Source of the DNA: an uncultured Candidatus Micrarchaeota archaeon
Lineage (GTDB): Archaea; Micrarchaeota; Micrarchaeia; Micrarchaeales; CABMGC01
Assembly: GCA_963833485.1 (NCBI GenBank)
Contig: CAWHXT010000005.1
Coordinates: forward strand, 21,330-85,329
Direction: 5' to 3'
Length of the DNA stretch: 64,000 bases
The notes below the pieces were generated by a model. That model was given only the letters and a program-made list of their open reading frames with translations, was not told the origin of the DNA and ran no database searches. Within the stretch, counting starts at the first letter, position 1; each line of letters opens with the position of its first letter. Position numbers and translations under genes: made by a program. Shown here piece by piece: positions 8,157-16,982 of the stretch.

Positions 8157-10463
8157 CTACTGCTCTGATACAACAGTTGCGCCGTTAGCTGCTTTGTCCC
8201 TTGTCAGAAGATAGGTCTTAGAACTTGCAGCTTGCTTGAGATTTTCGTCGTGAGTTATTATGAATATCTGGTCTATGATCCTTGGTAAGGTCTCGTTGAA
8301 CACTTTTATGAACCTGTTCATTCCCTGCTCATCTATGTTGTGAGTAGGTTCGTCCAAGATTATCCACTTCAGGTTTGGCACCAGCACGAGTGAGAATGCT
8401 ACGCGCATTGCAAGGCAAGCTATACTTCTCTCTCCGCCACTTGCTATTGCTTCTACTTCTTCCCATCTTTCCTCTCTCCCGTTGCTCGTCTTAACCATAA
8501 GCGAATAGTCATTTGATTTGGCGTCGAGCATTATGCTTGAATAGTCTTCGTATGGATAAAGTTCAGGCCATACGTTCTGCATCACGTTGTTGATCGAGCC
8601 TATCAGCTTGCTCCTCATTGTTATCTGCGTCTCCTCCAGTGCGTTCTTGAACTTGGTGATATTCTCAACAGCTCCCCTTCTTCTCTTCAGACCCTCCAGC
8701 ATCTTCTCTATTTTTTGGATCTGCTCCTCCTTCTCCTTTATCTGCTTCTCCTTTTCCGAGATGTATTTTGAATGTGCGTCTATCTCTGAGTTGATCTTGA
8801 CAGTGTTAGAATTGATTTGGACAAACTGTTTCTGTTTTACTTCTATTTCCTCCTCTCCGATCTTGATTGCGTTGTGCTCTTTCTCCTTGTCCTTGTTCTC
8901 TTGCTCTAATACTGAGATCTTTTTCGTGAACTCCTCGAGCCTTTCACTCTTTTCTTCACTAGATTCAAGGGAGTTAATGGTTTTCACCAATTCTTCAAGG
9001 TTTTTCCTTGTGTTTTCCACCCTGTCGCGCTCCTTTTCATAGGACTCTTTTGCTGCTGCAACGCTCTTCACAGAATCTTTGAGCTTTTGCTCGAGGCCAA
9101 CATAATCCTTCAGTCTGTCGTGAGAGAGCCTGAGCTTATCAAGCTCCTTCATCTTTTTATCGATTTCTCCCCTTTTTTCGGATATGTCCTTGCTTGCGTC
9201 TTTTATTCGCGCTTCCGCATTTGAGACCAGCGAGTTCTTCCCTTCTATAAGTCTCTTACGCATGTCTTCATCGAGCTCCCTTTCGCATACTGGGCATTTG
9301 CTTAGGTGCTTGCGAAGTTCTTCTATCCATTTTGTGCTTTCTTGCTTCTCTGATTCAAATGCCGCAAGCTGCTTCTCTAGTTCATGGAGGTGTTCAGAAA
9401 GTTTTTTGAGTTCTTTTTCCTCCTTTTCAATATCTCTTCCTTTGTATTCCTGCTCGATCTTATCTCTTTCCCCAATTTTCTGATTAATCTGCTTGACCTG
9501 TGCCTCGATGTCAGAAAGCTCTTTTGAGAATTTTCTCTCTTTTTCCTTTGACGATTGTTCTTCGTCCCTAAGCTTCTCGAGCCTTCCCTTAGTCTTCAAG
9601 ATCTCTTTCTCTATTTCCGCCTTTTCTGGAAGCTTCTCCTTGTTAAGCCTGGTAATCTCTGCCTTGGTAAAATCGATCTTGCTTTTCAACTCTGCAAGCT
9701 CCTTAGAGAGTTTTATCTTTTCTGAATATTCGTTCTTCATCTCTTTTAGCTCTAAATCAATCTTCTTCATTTCAGCGTCTGCTTTTTTCTTTTCTCCTTC
9801 CAGATTTTCTCTCTTCTTCTCAAGCGTCCCAAGTTCATCCTTTAGAGCCTTGTTGCTCTTTTTGAGCTCGTTTACCTCTAGATTCTCGACTATCTTCTCC
9901 TGGTCGCTTATTGCGTCTTTTATCCTGTTAACTAAAGAAGTAGCATTTTCCTGTGCTAGAGCAAACTTGTCAAGCCCTAGGAGCTCGTCTATCTGCTCCT
10001 TCCTGCTCTTCGCGCTAAGTTCAAGGAAATAGTCAAGCCTGTTCTGTTCGGAATATATCGCTCTAGAGAAAAGATCGTAATCGACTTTCAGTATCTTCTC
10101 AATCTCCTCGTTCACCCTCTGCGGCTGTGATTGAAGATAGCTTCCGTTCTTTTCTAGCGTCGCCTTTGCCCCTCCTGTGGTTGATATGACTCTTTCAACA
10201 GTATACGCATTCCCGTCTAGCTCGAAGCTTAATTTTACTTTGGCTTCGTTCTCCTGCGTAGGTCTATTGGTTATCAAGTCGTTAACATTGACTCTTCTAT
10301 GTTGTATCGCCGGGAACACTCCAAATAGGCCGTAAGAGATGGCGTCCATCACGGAACTCTTTCCCGCACCCATGAGACCTATCAGGACATTCGTACCTTT
10401 TGTGAAGTTCAGTTTGGTGTTTCTATGCGTTTTCCAGTTCTTAAGTTCTATAGAAATAATCAT
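8157..10463 (-). CDS. rad50: DNA double-strand break repair ATPase Rad50
   Basis: 768 aa. Walker A 'GLMGAGKSS', long Lys/Glu coiled coil, central zinc hook 'CPVCER', signature 'SGGE', Walker B 'ILDEPT'. Confidence 0.9.
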   Translation of the reverse strand: MIISIELKNWKTHRNTKLNFTKGTNVLIGLMGAGKSSVMDAISYGLFGVFPAIQHRRVNVNDLITNRPTQENEAKVKLSFELDGNAYTVERVISTTGGAKATLEKNGSYLQSQPQRVNEEIEKILKVDYDLFSRAIYSEQNRLDYFLELSAKSRKEQIDELLGLDKFALAQENATSLVNRIKDAISDQEKIVENLEVNELKKSNKALKDELGTLEKKRENLEGEKKKADAEMKKIDLELKEMKNEYSEKIKLSKELAELKSKIDFTKAEITRLNKEKLPEKAEIEKEILKTKGRLEKLRDEEQSSKEKERKFSKELSDIEAQVKQINQKIGERDKIEQEYKGRDIEKEEKELKKLSEHLHELEKQLAAFESEKQESTKWIEELRKHLSKCPVCERELDEDMRKRLIEGKNSLVSNAEARIKDASKDISEKRGEIDKKMKELDKLRLSHDRLKDYVGLEQKLKDSVKSVAAAKESYEKERDRVENTRKNLEELVKTINSLESSEEKSERLEEFTKKISVLEQENKDKEKEHNAIKIGEEEIEVKQKQFVQINSNTVKINSEIDAHSKYISEKEKQIKEKEEQIQKIEKMLEGLKRRRGAVENITKFKNALEETQITMRSKLIGSINNVMQNVWPELYPYEDYSSIMLDAKSNDYSLMVKTSNGREERWEEVEAIASGGERSIACLAMRVAFSLVLVPNLKWIILDEPTHNIDEQGMNRFIKVFNETLPRIIDQIFIITHDENLKQAASSKTYLLTRDKAANGATVVSEQ

Positions 10464-10535
10464 AGAAATACGTCATAAACATTAAACTAGAATAAGTATA
10501 TAAAAGAGCCCCAGAAAAGAAAATAAGGAGAAGGT

Positions 10536-11165
10536 ATGAAAAGCGCAGAAAGGACAGAAAAAGGTATGGAAAGTACAAAGGTACTAGAAGCAGGCATGGG
10601 GGCAGAAGTACCGAGCACTAAGTACAGATCTTGGATAGAGGATCAGATTGCTGAAAAACTTGAGGAGGAAGGTATCGAATATGATTATATGCCGTTTACC
10701 TTCCTATTAACTGTAGGGGAGAAGCACATAACTTTCCGCCCAGACTTCAGGCTGAAGAAAGGTGGGCAGGATATTAAAATAGACGGCAGAACTGTAGTTA
10801 CAGAGCATCATGGGGAGATAGGACCGGGAGGAAACCAGTTCACAGATAATTTCTTTGAGAAGATGAATGCTTTTATGCACTCCTCTCACGCAGAAAAAAT
10901 CTATCTTCTATTTTCAACAGACATAGATAGAGATAAGCTAGCTAAGCTACTGCGCAACCGTGGATACACCGAGGCGGACCTTGCTGACGAAATATGGTTC
11001 TTTAGGAATGATGAGGGCTATCATGGGTTTATGATGATAAATTCTAGAGGTGGCACAAAAGAACCGCATCTGAAGAACTTCTTTGGGAAGAAGGTGATGA
11101 ATTATATGTTTAAGCACTTACTAAGGAGGAGTCAAACAACAAATAACGAGCGAGCTTCACAGTAA
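10536..11165 (+). CDS. Hypothetical protein; possible restriction-endonuclease-like (PD-(D/E)xK) fold
   Basis: The pattern 'E..GIEYDY...ITFRPDF...DGRTVVTEHHG' resembles Vsr/DUF559-type nuclease cores. This is motif-level only. Confidence 0.3.
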   Translation: MKSAERTEKGMESTKVLEAGMGAEVPSTKYRSWIEDQIAEKLEEEGIEYDYMPFTFLLTVGEKHITFRPDFRLKKGGQDIKIDGRTVVTEHHGEIGPGGNQFTDNFFEKMNAFMHSSHAEKIYLLFSTDIDRDKLAKLLRNRGYTEADLADEIWFFRNDEGYHGFMMINSRGGTKEPHLKNFFGKKVMNYMFKHLLRRSQTTNNERASQ

Positions 11166-11402
11166 GCTTTCTTCCGCTACTTCTACTTCATTCACTCCTT
11201 TAACCTTTTTCAGCTTTTGCTCGTATATGTCGCTTCCTTCAGTATCTTCATGTATGAACAGCACTTTGATAACTTTTATGCCGAACGCTATCTCTTCAAG
11301 CTGCATACTATTCGGCTTAAGATTTTGGGCAATATCTCTTCCAACTATTTCCTCTTGCCCTGCTTCTACATAAACTTTAAATAGTACTGCAACTTTTCCC
11401 AT
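11157..11402 (-). CDS. Translation elongation factor aEF-1 beta
   Basis: 81 aa. 'KV..E.....', 'EIAFGIKVIKV' and 'GVNEVEV' are collinear with archaeal EF-1beta. The stop of the upstream Zn-ribbon gene abuts its ATG. Confidence 0.85.
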   Translation of the reverse strand: MGKVAVLFKVYVEAGQEEIVGRDIAQNLKPNSMQLEEIAFGIKVIKVLFIHEDTEGSDIYEQKLKKVKGVNEVEVAEESLL

Positions 11403-11572
11403 CTAAGGCCCCTCAAAATCACATTTGCTGCATTTGTACTTGGTGTTCGTCTCCCTGCAGTGGTCGCACCTGATTATAACTGACTCCCCACACTTAGGGC
11501 ATTTGAATTCGACATACCTGTCGGTAAGCCTTCCGCATGAACTGCAGACCTTTCCTGGCGAAACTCCTACAT
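11403..11572 (-). CDS. Small Zn-ribbon protein (COG2888-like, typically paired with aEF-1beta)
   Basis: Reads '...GKVCSSCGRLTDRYVEFKCPKCGESVIIRCDHCRETNTKYKCSKCDFEGP*'. Below the ORF-track size cut-off. The only nearby ATG (11570-11572) is out of frame by one base, and the length becomes divisible by 3 only with 1 nt added. Confidence 0.6.
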
Positions 11573-11638
11573 AATCACCCTTATTAAAAACAAGTAATAA
11601 GTATAGGTTTAATATACGAAAACATATAAAAAAGTGTT

Positions 11639-11713
11639 GGGCACGTGGCGCAACTTGGATGGCGCGACGGCTTGCGGAGCCGCTGGTTGCGGGTTCAAAT
11701 CCCGCCGTGCCCG
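11639..11713 (+). tRNA. tRNA-Arg (anticodon GCG)
   Basis: Manual cloverleaf: acceptor GGGCACG/CGTGCCC, D arm GCGC/GCGC, anticodon loop TTGCGGA, T arm GCGGG-TTCAAAT-CCCGC. No encoded CCA. Confidence 0.9.
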
Positions 11714-11719
11714 AATAGG

Positions 11720-12100
11720 TTATACCCTCAGTCTATCAGGTAAATCAAGTTTCACTTGATCTTTGGGGATGATGTCCGCTACATAATATTGTTTTCCCTG
11801 CGTGCTAAATTGCTTGAATTCCCTAAATTTGTCACCGTCTCTAAAAACTAACATATCTCTATCATGACAGAGTGAAATTAGTTGCTCAATATTCCCTAGA
11901 AGTTCTTCTTTACTATAGTTTGATGGGAGACTGTGAGAGGCTCTGAGATGCCTTCCCAATACTGCTAACTTTGCTATTTTCTCGTTAAGCTCTTCTGCTT
12001 TTTCTGCGACGTCCTTTGGGATTTCTACTATTGTATAAATTACTGTATCAGCTTCCATTCTGGTTGACTCCACATAATAAAAAGAATCTTCGCTCATCAC
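11720..12100 (-). CDS. Hypothetical protein
   Basis: 126-aa ORF with no recognisable motif. Confidence 0.4.
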   Translation of the reverse strand: MMSEDSFYYVESTRMEADTVIYTIVEIPKDVAEKAEELNEKIAKLAVLGRHLRASHSLPSNYSKEELLGNIEQLISLCHDRDMLVFRDGDKFREFKQFSTQGKQYYVADIIPKDQVKLDLPDRLRV

Positions 12101-12236
12101 ACCCCCTTCATTTATTTATTGTCTTAGTGAAAAATTTAGAAGTTGTGGCAATGTTTATTATATCTTAATCCAACCACGCATTGTTCGCATTTTTGGATAT
12201 GGGCAACGCTTAAAAATAAGCATTCCTAATAGCATC

Positions 12237-13103
12237 ATGCTTTCTTTAGGACTGACGGTTGCTTTCGGTGCCATGCTCTCTTTCGCAGCGTCTGATTTTT
12301 TTGCGAAGAGTTCGTCGGCTAAGCTTGGTAGCAAAAGAACAACTTTAATAATGTTATCGACTAGTTTTATCGTCTTAATTTTGGTAGCATTTTTCTTTGG
12401 ACTAACAAAAATTAACTTACCAGTATTGTTTTTCTCCGTGCTATCTGGTCTGGTTTATGCATTCGGATATTTGTTTTTATACAAGTCTTTAGAAACCGAG
12501 CAGGTATCAAATACGATATCGCTTACAGGGATAGAGTACGGGCTTGTAACAGTGATCTCTGTATTAGTTATTGGGGAAATAGTAACAAAAATTGAAATAT
12601 TGAGTTTCTTTAGCATATTCATAGGCGCTTTCCTTGTTACAACAACTAAAGGATTTAAACTAAATAAGGGGTACATTCCAGCAATACTGGCGATGGTTGC
12701 TTTTTCGATAACTTATATTCTTCTGGTTTTTGCTCAGCAGCACAGTGGAGGGGTTTTTACTCCTTTGATCTTCAATAGAATTGTTTCAGTGTCATTGATT
12801 GCCGTATATACAAAAGTTTCACCTGAAAAGAGTGCACGTTTTAAGCGCATTAAAATTCGAGAAGCAGGGTATGTAACTCTGTTGAAAAGCATGTCTGTTG
12901 GAGTATTCAATGCTTTAGCCTCTATCCTTTATTTGTTCCTTGCTCCGTTGGGATTTATTGCGGTATGAGCTGCCATAAACGCTACGGAACCTGCACTAAT
13001 AATATTTCTTGGTTACCTTTTCTACAAAGATCGGTTTGGAAAGCATCAGATAGTAGGCTTTGTACTGTTAGTTCTTGGAACTATAGCACTGAGCATCGCT
13101 TGA
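12237..13103 (+). pseudogene. EamA/DMT-family transporter interrupted by an in-frame TGA
   Basis: Ten-TM-like hydrophobic protein. After the TGA at 12966-12968 the same frame continues 'AAINATEPALIIFLGYLFYKDRFGKHQIVGFVLLVLGTIALSIA*', a typical EamA C-terminus. Total length is 289 codons. Confidence 0.65.
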
Positions 13104-13104
13104 A

Positions 13105-13857
13105 TTATGGGAAGAAGATGAACTTAATAGCGCTCGCAAATACCACAATGAGAACCAGTGCTCGTATCCAACCTTCTCCTTGCTTTAATCCGAAACGCAC
13201 TCCAAATATGGACCCCAGCGCGAATCCTACGAAAAGCACCACAGACAATTCCCAGTTAACAATATTTCCTAGAATAAACACAAACGATGCGAGGTTTGCT
13301 CCAATATACAAAGTTACTTTGCCAACAACCGACGCATCGATGTATTTTTTCTTATAATTTAGGATGTAGAGTGAAGACAGAAGAGGCACAAGACCTCCAA
13401 CTATCACGTTGAAAAATCCAACAATTGCTGTGCAGATTAGCCCGACGGCATGTCTCATTTTCGTCGGATGAGAAGTGGCGTGCTTTTTATCTCTTAATCT
13501 ATTTTGTATAAGAAGCACGACTTCTACAAAGAGAAGTAACACGCCTATCAGCAATTGAAGAGTTTTTGGAGGAATTGACAAAATAAATATTCCAGAGATA
13601 AGGCTTCCTATAAACATCGGGGGGATCATTATCTTTACGAGCTTCCAGTCTATAATCTTCTTTTTGTGGAGCAAAAATATTGCGGGAAATTCGCCAGGTA
13701 TGTCTGCTATTCTCACAGTGCCTATGACTATTGGCGCGGGAAATCCGATTAGAATTAGCAAAGGTCGTAGGAGAAGGCCGACGCCGCCACTTATTGCACC
13801 GATAAACATTGTGCCGAACGCTATGACAAAGGCAAGAAAAAGAGTCAAGAGGTCCAC
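13105..13857 (-). CDS. TauE/SafE (DUF81, TSUP) family membrane exporter
   Basis: 250 aa polytopic protein. N-terminus 'FGTMFIGAISGGVGLLLRPLLILIGFP' is typical of the family. Confidence 0.75.
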   Translation of the reverse strand: MDLLTLFLAFVIAFGTMFIGAISGGVGLLLRPLLILIGFPAPIVIGTVRIADIPGEFPAIFLLHKKKIIDWKLVKIMIPPMFIGSLISGIFILSIPPKTLQLLIGVLLLFVEVVLLIQNRLRDKKHATSHPTKMRHAVGLICTAIVGFFNVIVGGLVPLLSSLYILNYKKKYIDASVVGKVTLYIGANLASFVFILGNIVNWELSVVLFVGFALGSIFGVRFGLKQGEGWIRALVLIVVFASAIKFIFFP

Positions 13858-13938
13858 ACAATCAGCTCCGTAGAAATCTTATCACCAAAGAGATATAATA
13901 ATTGATGTATCGATGCGTAAAAATTTCTATATTTTTAC

Positions 13939-14469
13939 TTACTTGATCTCCCTTATGCTACTCTTGCCGACTAAAAAGAAGTTTATTTTTCTTGATCCTA
14001 AATCGTCCATTATGTAAGAGATGTTATCTGATTTATCTTCGTAGAAATCTATTTTTTTGTATTTTTTAGTGAGCTCTTTAAGCTTCCTTCTTTTCCATTC
14101 CTCATCCTTTATCTTTCTGTATTTAAACTCACGAAATATTATCTTGTCAAAATTCACTTTCCCTTTCTTGAGGAGGATAAGTGTCTTGTTTTTAAGAGCC
14201 AAGAAGCGTGCAGTAAGGATTATCTTATCCATTCTATCTTCATTTGATAGCAAGCTAATGACTCTTTTGTTTGGTTTTGCGTATCTGTCGTATTTTGAAT
14301 AAGCCAGATAATAGAGCTTAATCTTGGCACTTCTCGGAAGAGCTCTTATCCATTTTTTGCTTCTCACCTTGTCGAATTCTTCTTTGGAAGCAAAACGCAC
14401 GCATTTATCGGTGAAAAATACAGTATTGTCAAAATCCACGACTATGGCTTTATCTTGCATAGATATCAC
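13939..14469 (-). CDS. HAD-superfamily phosphatase-like protein
   Basis: Motif I 'VVDFDNTV' (DxDxT), motif II-like 'ILTAR', C-terminal 'YEDKSDN'. ATGA overlap with the upstream gene. Confidence 0.5.
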   Translation of the reverse strand: MISMQDKAIVVDFDNTVFFTDKCVRFASKEEFDKVRSKKWIRALPRSAKIKLYYLAYSKYDRYAKPNKRVISLLSNEDRMDKIILTARFLALKNKTLILLKKGKVNFDKIIFREFKYRKIKDEEWKRRKLKELTKKYKKIDFYEDKSDNISYIMDDLGSRKINFFLVGKSSIREIK

Positions 14470-15359
14470 CCGTCAATTCCTACAAATTTCTCATCGACCC
14501 ATCCAGAATCAGAAAGACCCAGAAACCTGTCTTCTCTTTTCTCAGGCTTTGTGGCTGTCTGGAATATGAAATGGGTGTGGATCGGCGTGCTAGGAGCCAT
14601 AGCGTGCGAACCATTTATCATGATGCCATGCTGTGATGCTCCGATCCTATTTGCATTAGACACCCTGTGCATTCCGTCTCTCAATACAGGCATGGTGCTT
14701 ATGCTTGGATTCCTTAAAATATCCTCCCAAACTTTTATCACCTCTCTTAGGTCTATTTCTCTTTCAGCGCCGTCGAAAGATGGAAGTGTGAATATGGGGG
14801 CGCGGTCAGCCCTTCTCCTCAGATTTTCAAGAGGGGTTGCTATATCTTCCTTAGGTAGCTCTTCTACTATAGGGGGGATATAGAATCCAACTAACTTGGT
14901 ATTGCCTTGCCTGAAGTTTATTATGCATGCTTCTGCATTATTTACGCCAGTGAAATCATTATGTTGGAAAAGGAGCGTCAAGTTCTCAAGTGACATCATC
15001 TTACTAACCTGCGCGAAGGTTTGGTAGTTGAATATACCGTCATGCGTTATCGAATACCTTGTTATTACAGCATCAGAGTATACCTTTTCGCCCTTTTCAT
15101 TAGGTATGCTTACAAGCAATGCGTTGAGATCCGTCACTGGCATGCTTGTGATCTTTATAGATATGTCTGCGTTCTTATCCCTGAGGTCCTTATAGTCTAT
15201 CAAGCGGGATATGTCGATTGGAGAAACGACGAGATCCGCGTCTATCACGGTTTCTTTGATGCCGCCGTAACCATTCTTCTTCAGTTCAACCCTGCTTAAG
15301 AAATCCCTTGGTTCTATTGCCCATTTAAAATCGGACTTTTGAAGATTAGTTACTTGCAT
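14466..15359 (-). CDS. Hypothetical protein with a possible C-terminal ParB/Srx-like motif
   Basis: 297 aa. 'PVLRDGMHRVSNANRIG' resembles the DGxHR core of the ParB/sulfiredoxin/DGQHR superfamily. The N-terminal ~200 aa are unrecognised. Confidence 0.35.
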   Translation of the reverse strand: MQVTNLQKSDFKWAIEPRDFLSRVELKKNGYGGIKETVIDADLVVSPIDISRLIDYKDLRDKNADISIKITSMPVTDLNALLVSIPNEKGEKVYSDAVITRYSITHDGIFNYQTFAQVSKMMSLENLTLLFQHNDFTGVNNAEACIINFRQGNTKLVGFYIPPIVEELPKEDIATPLENLRRRADRAPIFTLPSFDGAEREIDLREVIKVWEDILRNPSISTMPVLRDGMHRVSNANRIGASQHGIMINGSHAMAPSTPIHTHFIFQTATKPEKREDRFLGLSDSGWVDEKFVGIDG

Positions 15360-15492
15360 AGAACCCCATTATATACACCTTGACTATATTTTAATACTTG
15401 CCAAATTTTTCATTTATGCGGATTTCCAATTCTTCATTTTTGTATAAACAAGTTTATTATATTTTAATTCGTAAGTAAATTCAGGTTTTACA

Positions 15493-15843
15493 ATGAAGCT
15501 TCCATTCTTTGGCAAAGAGGACGTAAATATAACACAGGCAAATATAACCTACAATACCTCTAAGCATACTTATTTTGGAATGAAGGCAAAAAGGGATTTT
15601 ACCTACAAGTTGCCATTCTCGAACTCTGAGGTAGTCTCATTGAGGATTCTTAACATCGAGGTGAGCGATCCATTCGAGCTGAAGAAGTTGAACTACAATC
15701 TTCCTATTAATGTGAGCTCAGGGCAGAAGCTGGTTTTTGAGCTGAAATGCAGGTTCAAGGGTGACTATGCATACAACGGTCCCATAGAGATAAAGATAAA
15801 CGCGCTTCCTATGATGGGCGCAGCTATGTTCGATAGTAAATAG
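15493..15843 (+). CDS. Hypothetical protein
   Basis: 116-aa ORF in an AT-rich accessory-looking stretch, with no motif. Confidence 0.35.
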   Translation: MKLPFFGKEDVNITQANITYNTSKHTYFGMKAKRDFTYKLPFSNSEVVSLRILNIEVSDPFELKKLNYNLPINVSSGQKLVFELKCRFKGDYAYNGPIEIKINALPMMGAAMFDSK

Positions 15844-15851
15844 TAAAAAAA

Positions 15852-16469
15852 TTAAGAAGGTACACGATTCTTAGAACCATTAGTTAATACTGAACTACGC
15901 AGTCCCTTAGGAATAAGAGACCTGTCTCTTACTAAGCTATTAACGAAATCAGAGGTATGGTTTGGAGAAAGAAGAGGTTCATGATCCCCAAACAGCAGTC
16001 TATCTGATATTCTTCCTAATACTACTGACTCTGCGGCACAAATCGTTCCCTTTTCTCTTTGGACCTCCTTTAACTTTCCTATATTCTCTTCAATGTCTCC
16101 AGTAAAAGTGAGGAGCTCGGGGTTTCCTTTAGGTCTAAATTGATAAGCCAAAAAATCTATACCACGAACATTGCGACCTTGTTCGGATACATGGCCTCCT
16201 AGAAATGCAACTCCAAATACATTCGGAAATCTAGCAAATGCATTATATCTGCATATTTCACTATATTTATATAACTCGGGGGCAGTGGTTATTTCCTCAA
16301 GTGCCATTTTTACAAATCCTAAACTTTCCTCTGCGTTATAGGTGTATGAACCTTTTCTTTCAGGATCCGAGAAGCTCTCTAAAGTGAAAACTGCTATAGG
16401 TAGAAGTCCGTGCATTGTGCTGTCTGCACCGATAAATTTTGATCCGTCATATGTATTCTTGTGATCCAT
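15852..16469 (-). CDS. Hypothetical protein
   Basis: 205-aa ORF with no recognisable motif. Confidence 0.4.
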   Translation of the reverse strand: MDHKNTYDGSKFIGADSTMHGLLPIAVFTLESFSDPERKGSYTYNAEESLGFVKMALEEITTAPELYKYSEICRYNAFARFPNVFGVAFLGGHVSEQGRNVRGIDFLAYQFRPKGNPELLTFTGDIEENIGKLKEVQREKGTICAAESVVLGRISDRLLFGDHEPLLSPNHTSDFVNSLVRDRSLIPKGLRSSVLTNGSKNRVPS

Positions 16470-16599
16470 AATTTTACCTATGTAGAGTATGAGTTTGGAT
16501 CTTTATAAATTAGATTAATTGTTTGTTTTAGCTATGAATAACAAGTAAGAAAGAGAGAAAAAAAGGAAAAAATAAAAAATAAAATTAAAGGTTAAGGAT

Positions 16600-16824
16600 T
16601 TATCTCCTTCCCCTTCGGTTCATCTTTGCTCTTGCGACGTATCCGCCCTTGTCTATGAAGTAAAGGAATCCCTCCGCTCTTGAGATCCTCTCCGTTCCAA
16701 CTTTGGCCTTTCTGCCTCTTGTGTTGGTCTTCATTGGCGTCCTCCACACGAATCCATCCTTCCCTAGGAAGTATAGATATCCGTCTTCTCTTGAGATTCT
16801 TTCGCGTCCAATTCTTTCTGCCAT
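16600..16824 (-). CDS. Small basic protein with an internal tandem repeat
   Basis: Two copies of '(R/T)ERISR(E/A)(D/E)G(Y/F)LYF...(K)(D/G)G(F/Y)V.R..M'. Start set at the ATG at 16822-16824. Confidence 0.45.
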   Translation of the reverse strand: MAERIGRERISREDGYLYFLGKDGFVWRTPMKTNTRGRKAKVGTERISRAEGFLYFIDKGGYVARAKMNRRGRR

Positions 16825-16982
16825 ATATTTCACCTTCGATAATACGTCGAAGCACATGTTTATATATTTATCGTCGAATTTACGTCAGAAAGATAAAAGG
16901 TTAAAATACTTTCCATGATTTTTTGGGCAAAACAGGCACTAAGAACTGATTTAAATGTTTACGGTACAAGTCTATTGATAGT

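Noticed and set aside
8587-10032. Several long plus-strand ORFs (151, 99 and 179 aa) rich in Ser, Phe and Leu inside the rad50 region
   Set aside because: They are antisense shadows of the Lys/Glu-rich coiled coil of rad50 (AAG/GAA codons read as CTT/TTC). They are low-complexity and have no motifs.
12966-12968. UGA recoding (Sec/Trp/Gly) as the explanation for the in-frame TGA
   Set aside because: TGA clearly terminates many confident genes here (gdhA, ftsZ, PolX, L14, S4e). No SECIS-like element was noticed, and the residue is not in a redox context.
12965-13357. 130-aa plus-strand ORF starting at the EamA stop
   Set aside because: It is out of frame with the conserved EamA C-terminus, which continues in the original frame after the TGA. 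It also overlaps the well-supported minus-strand TauE gene.
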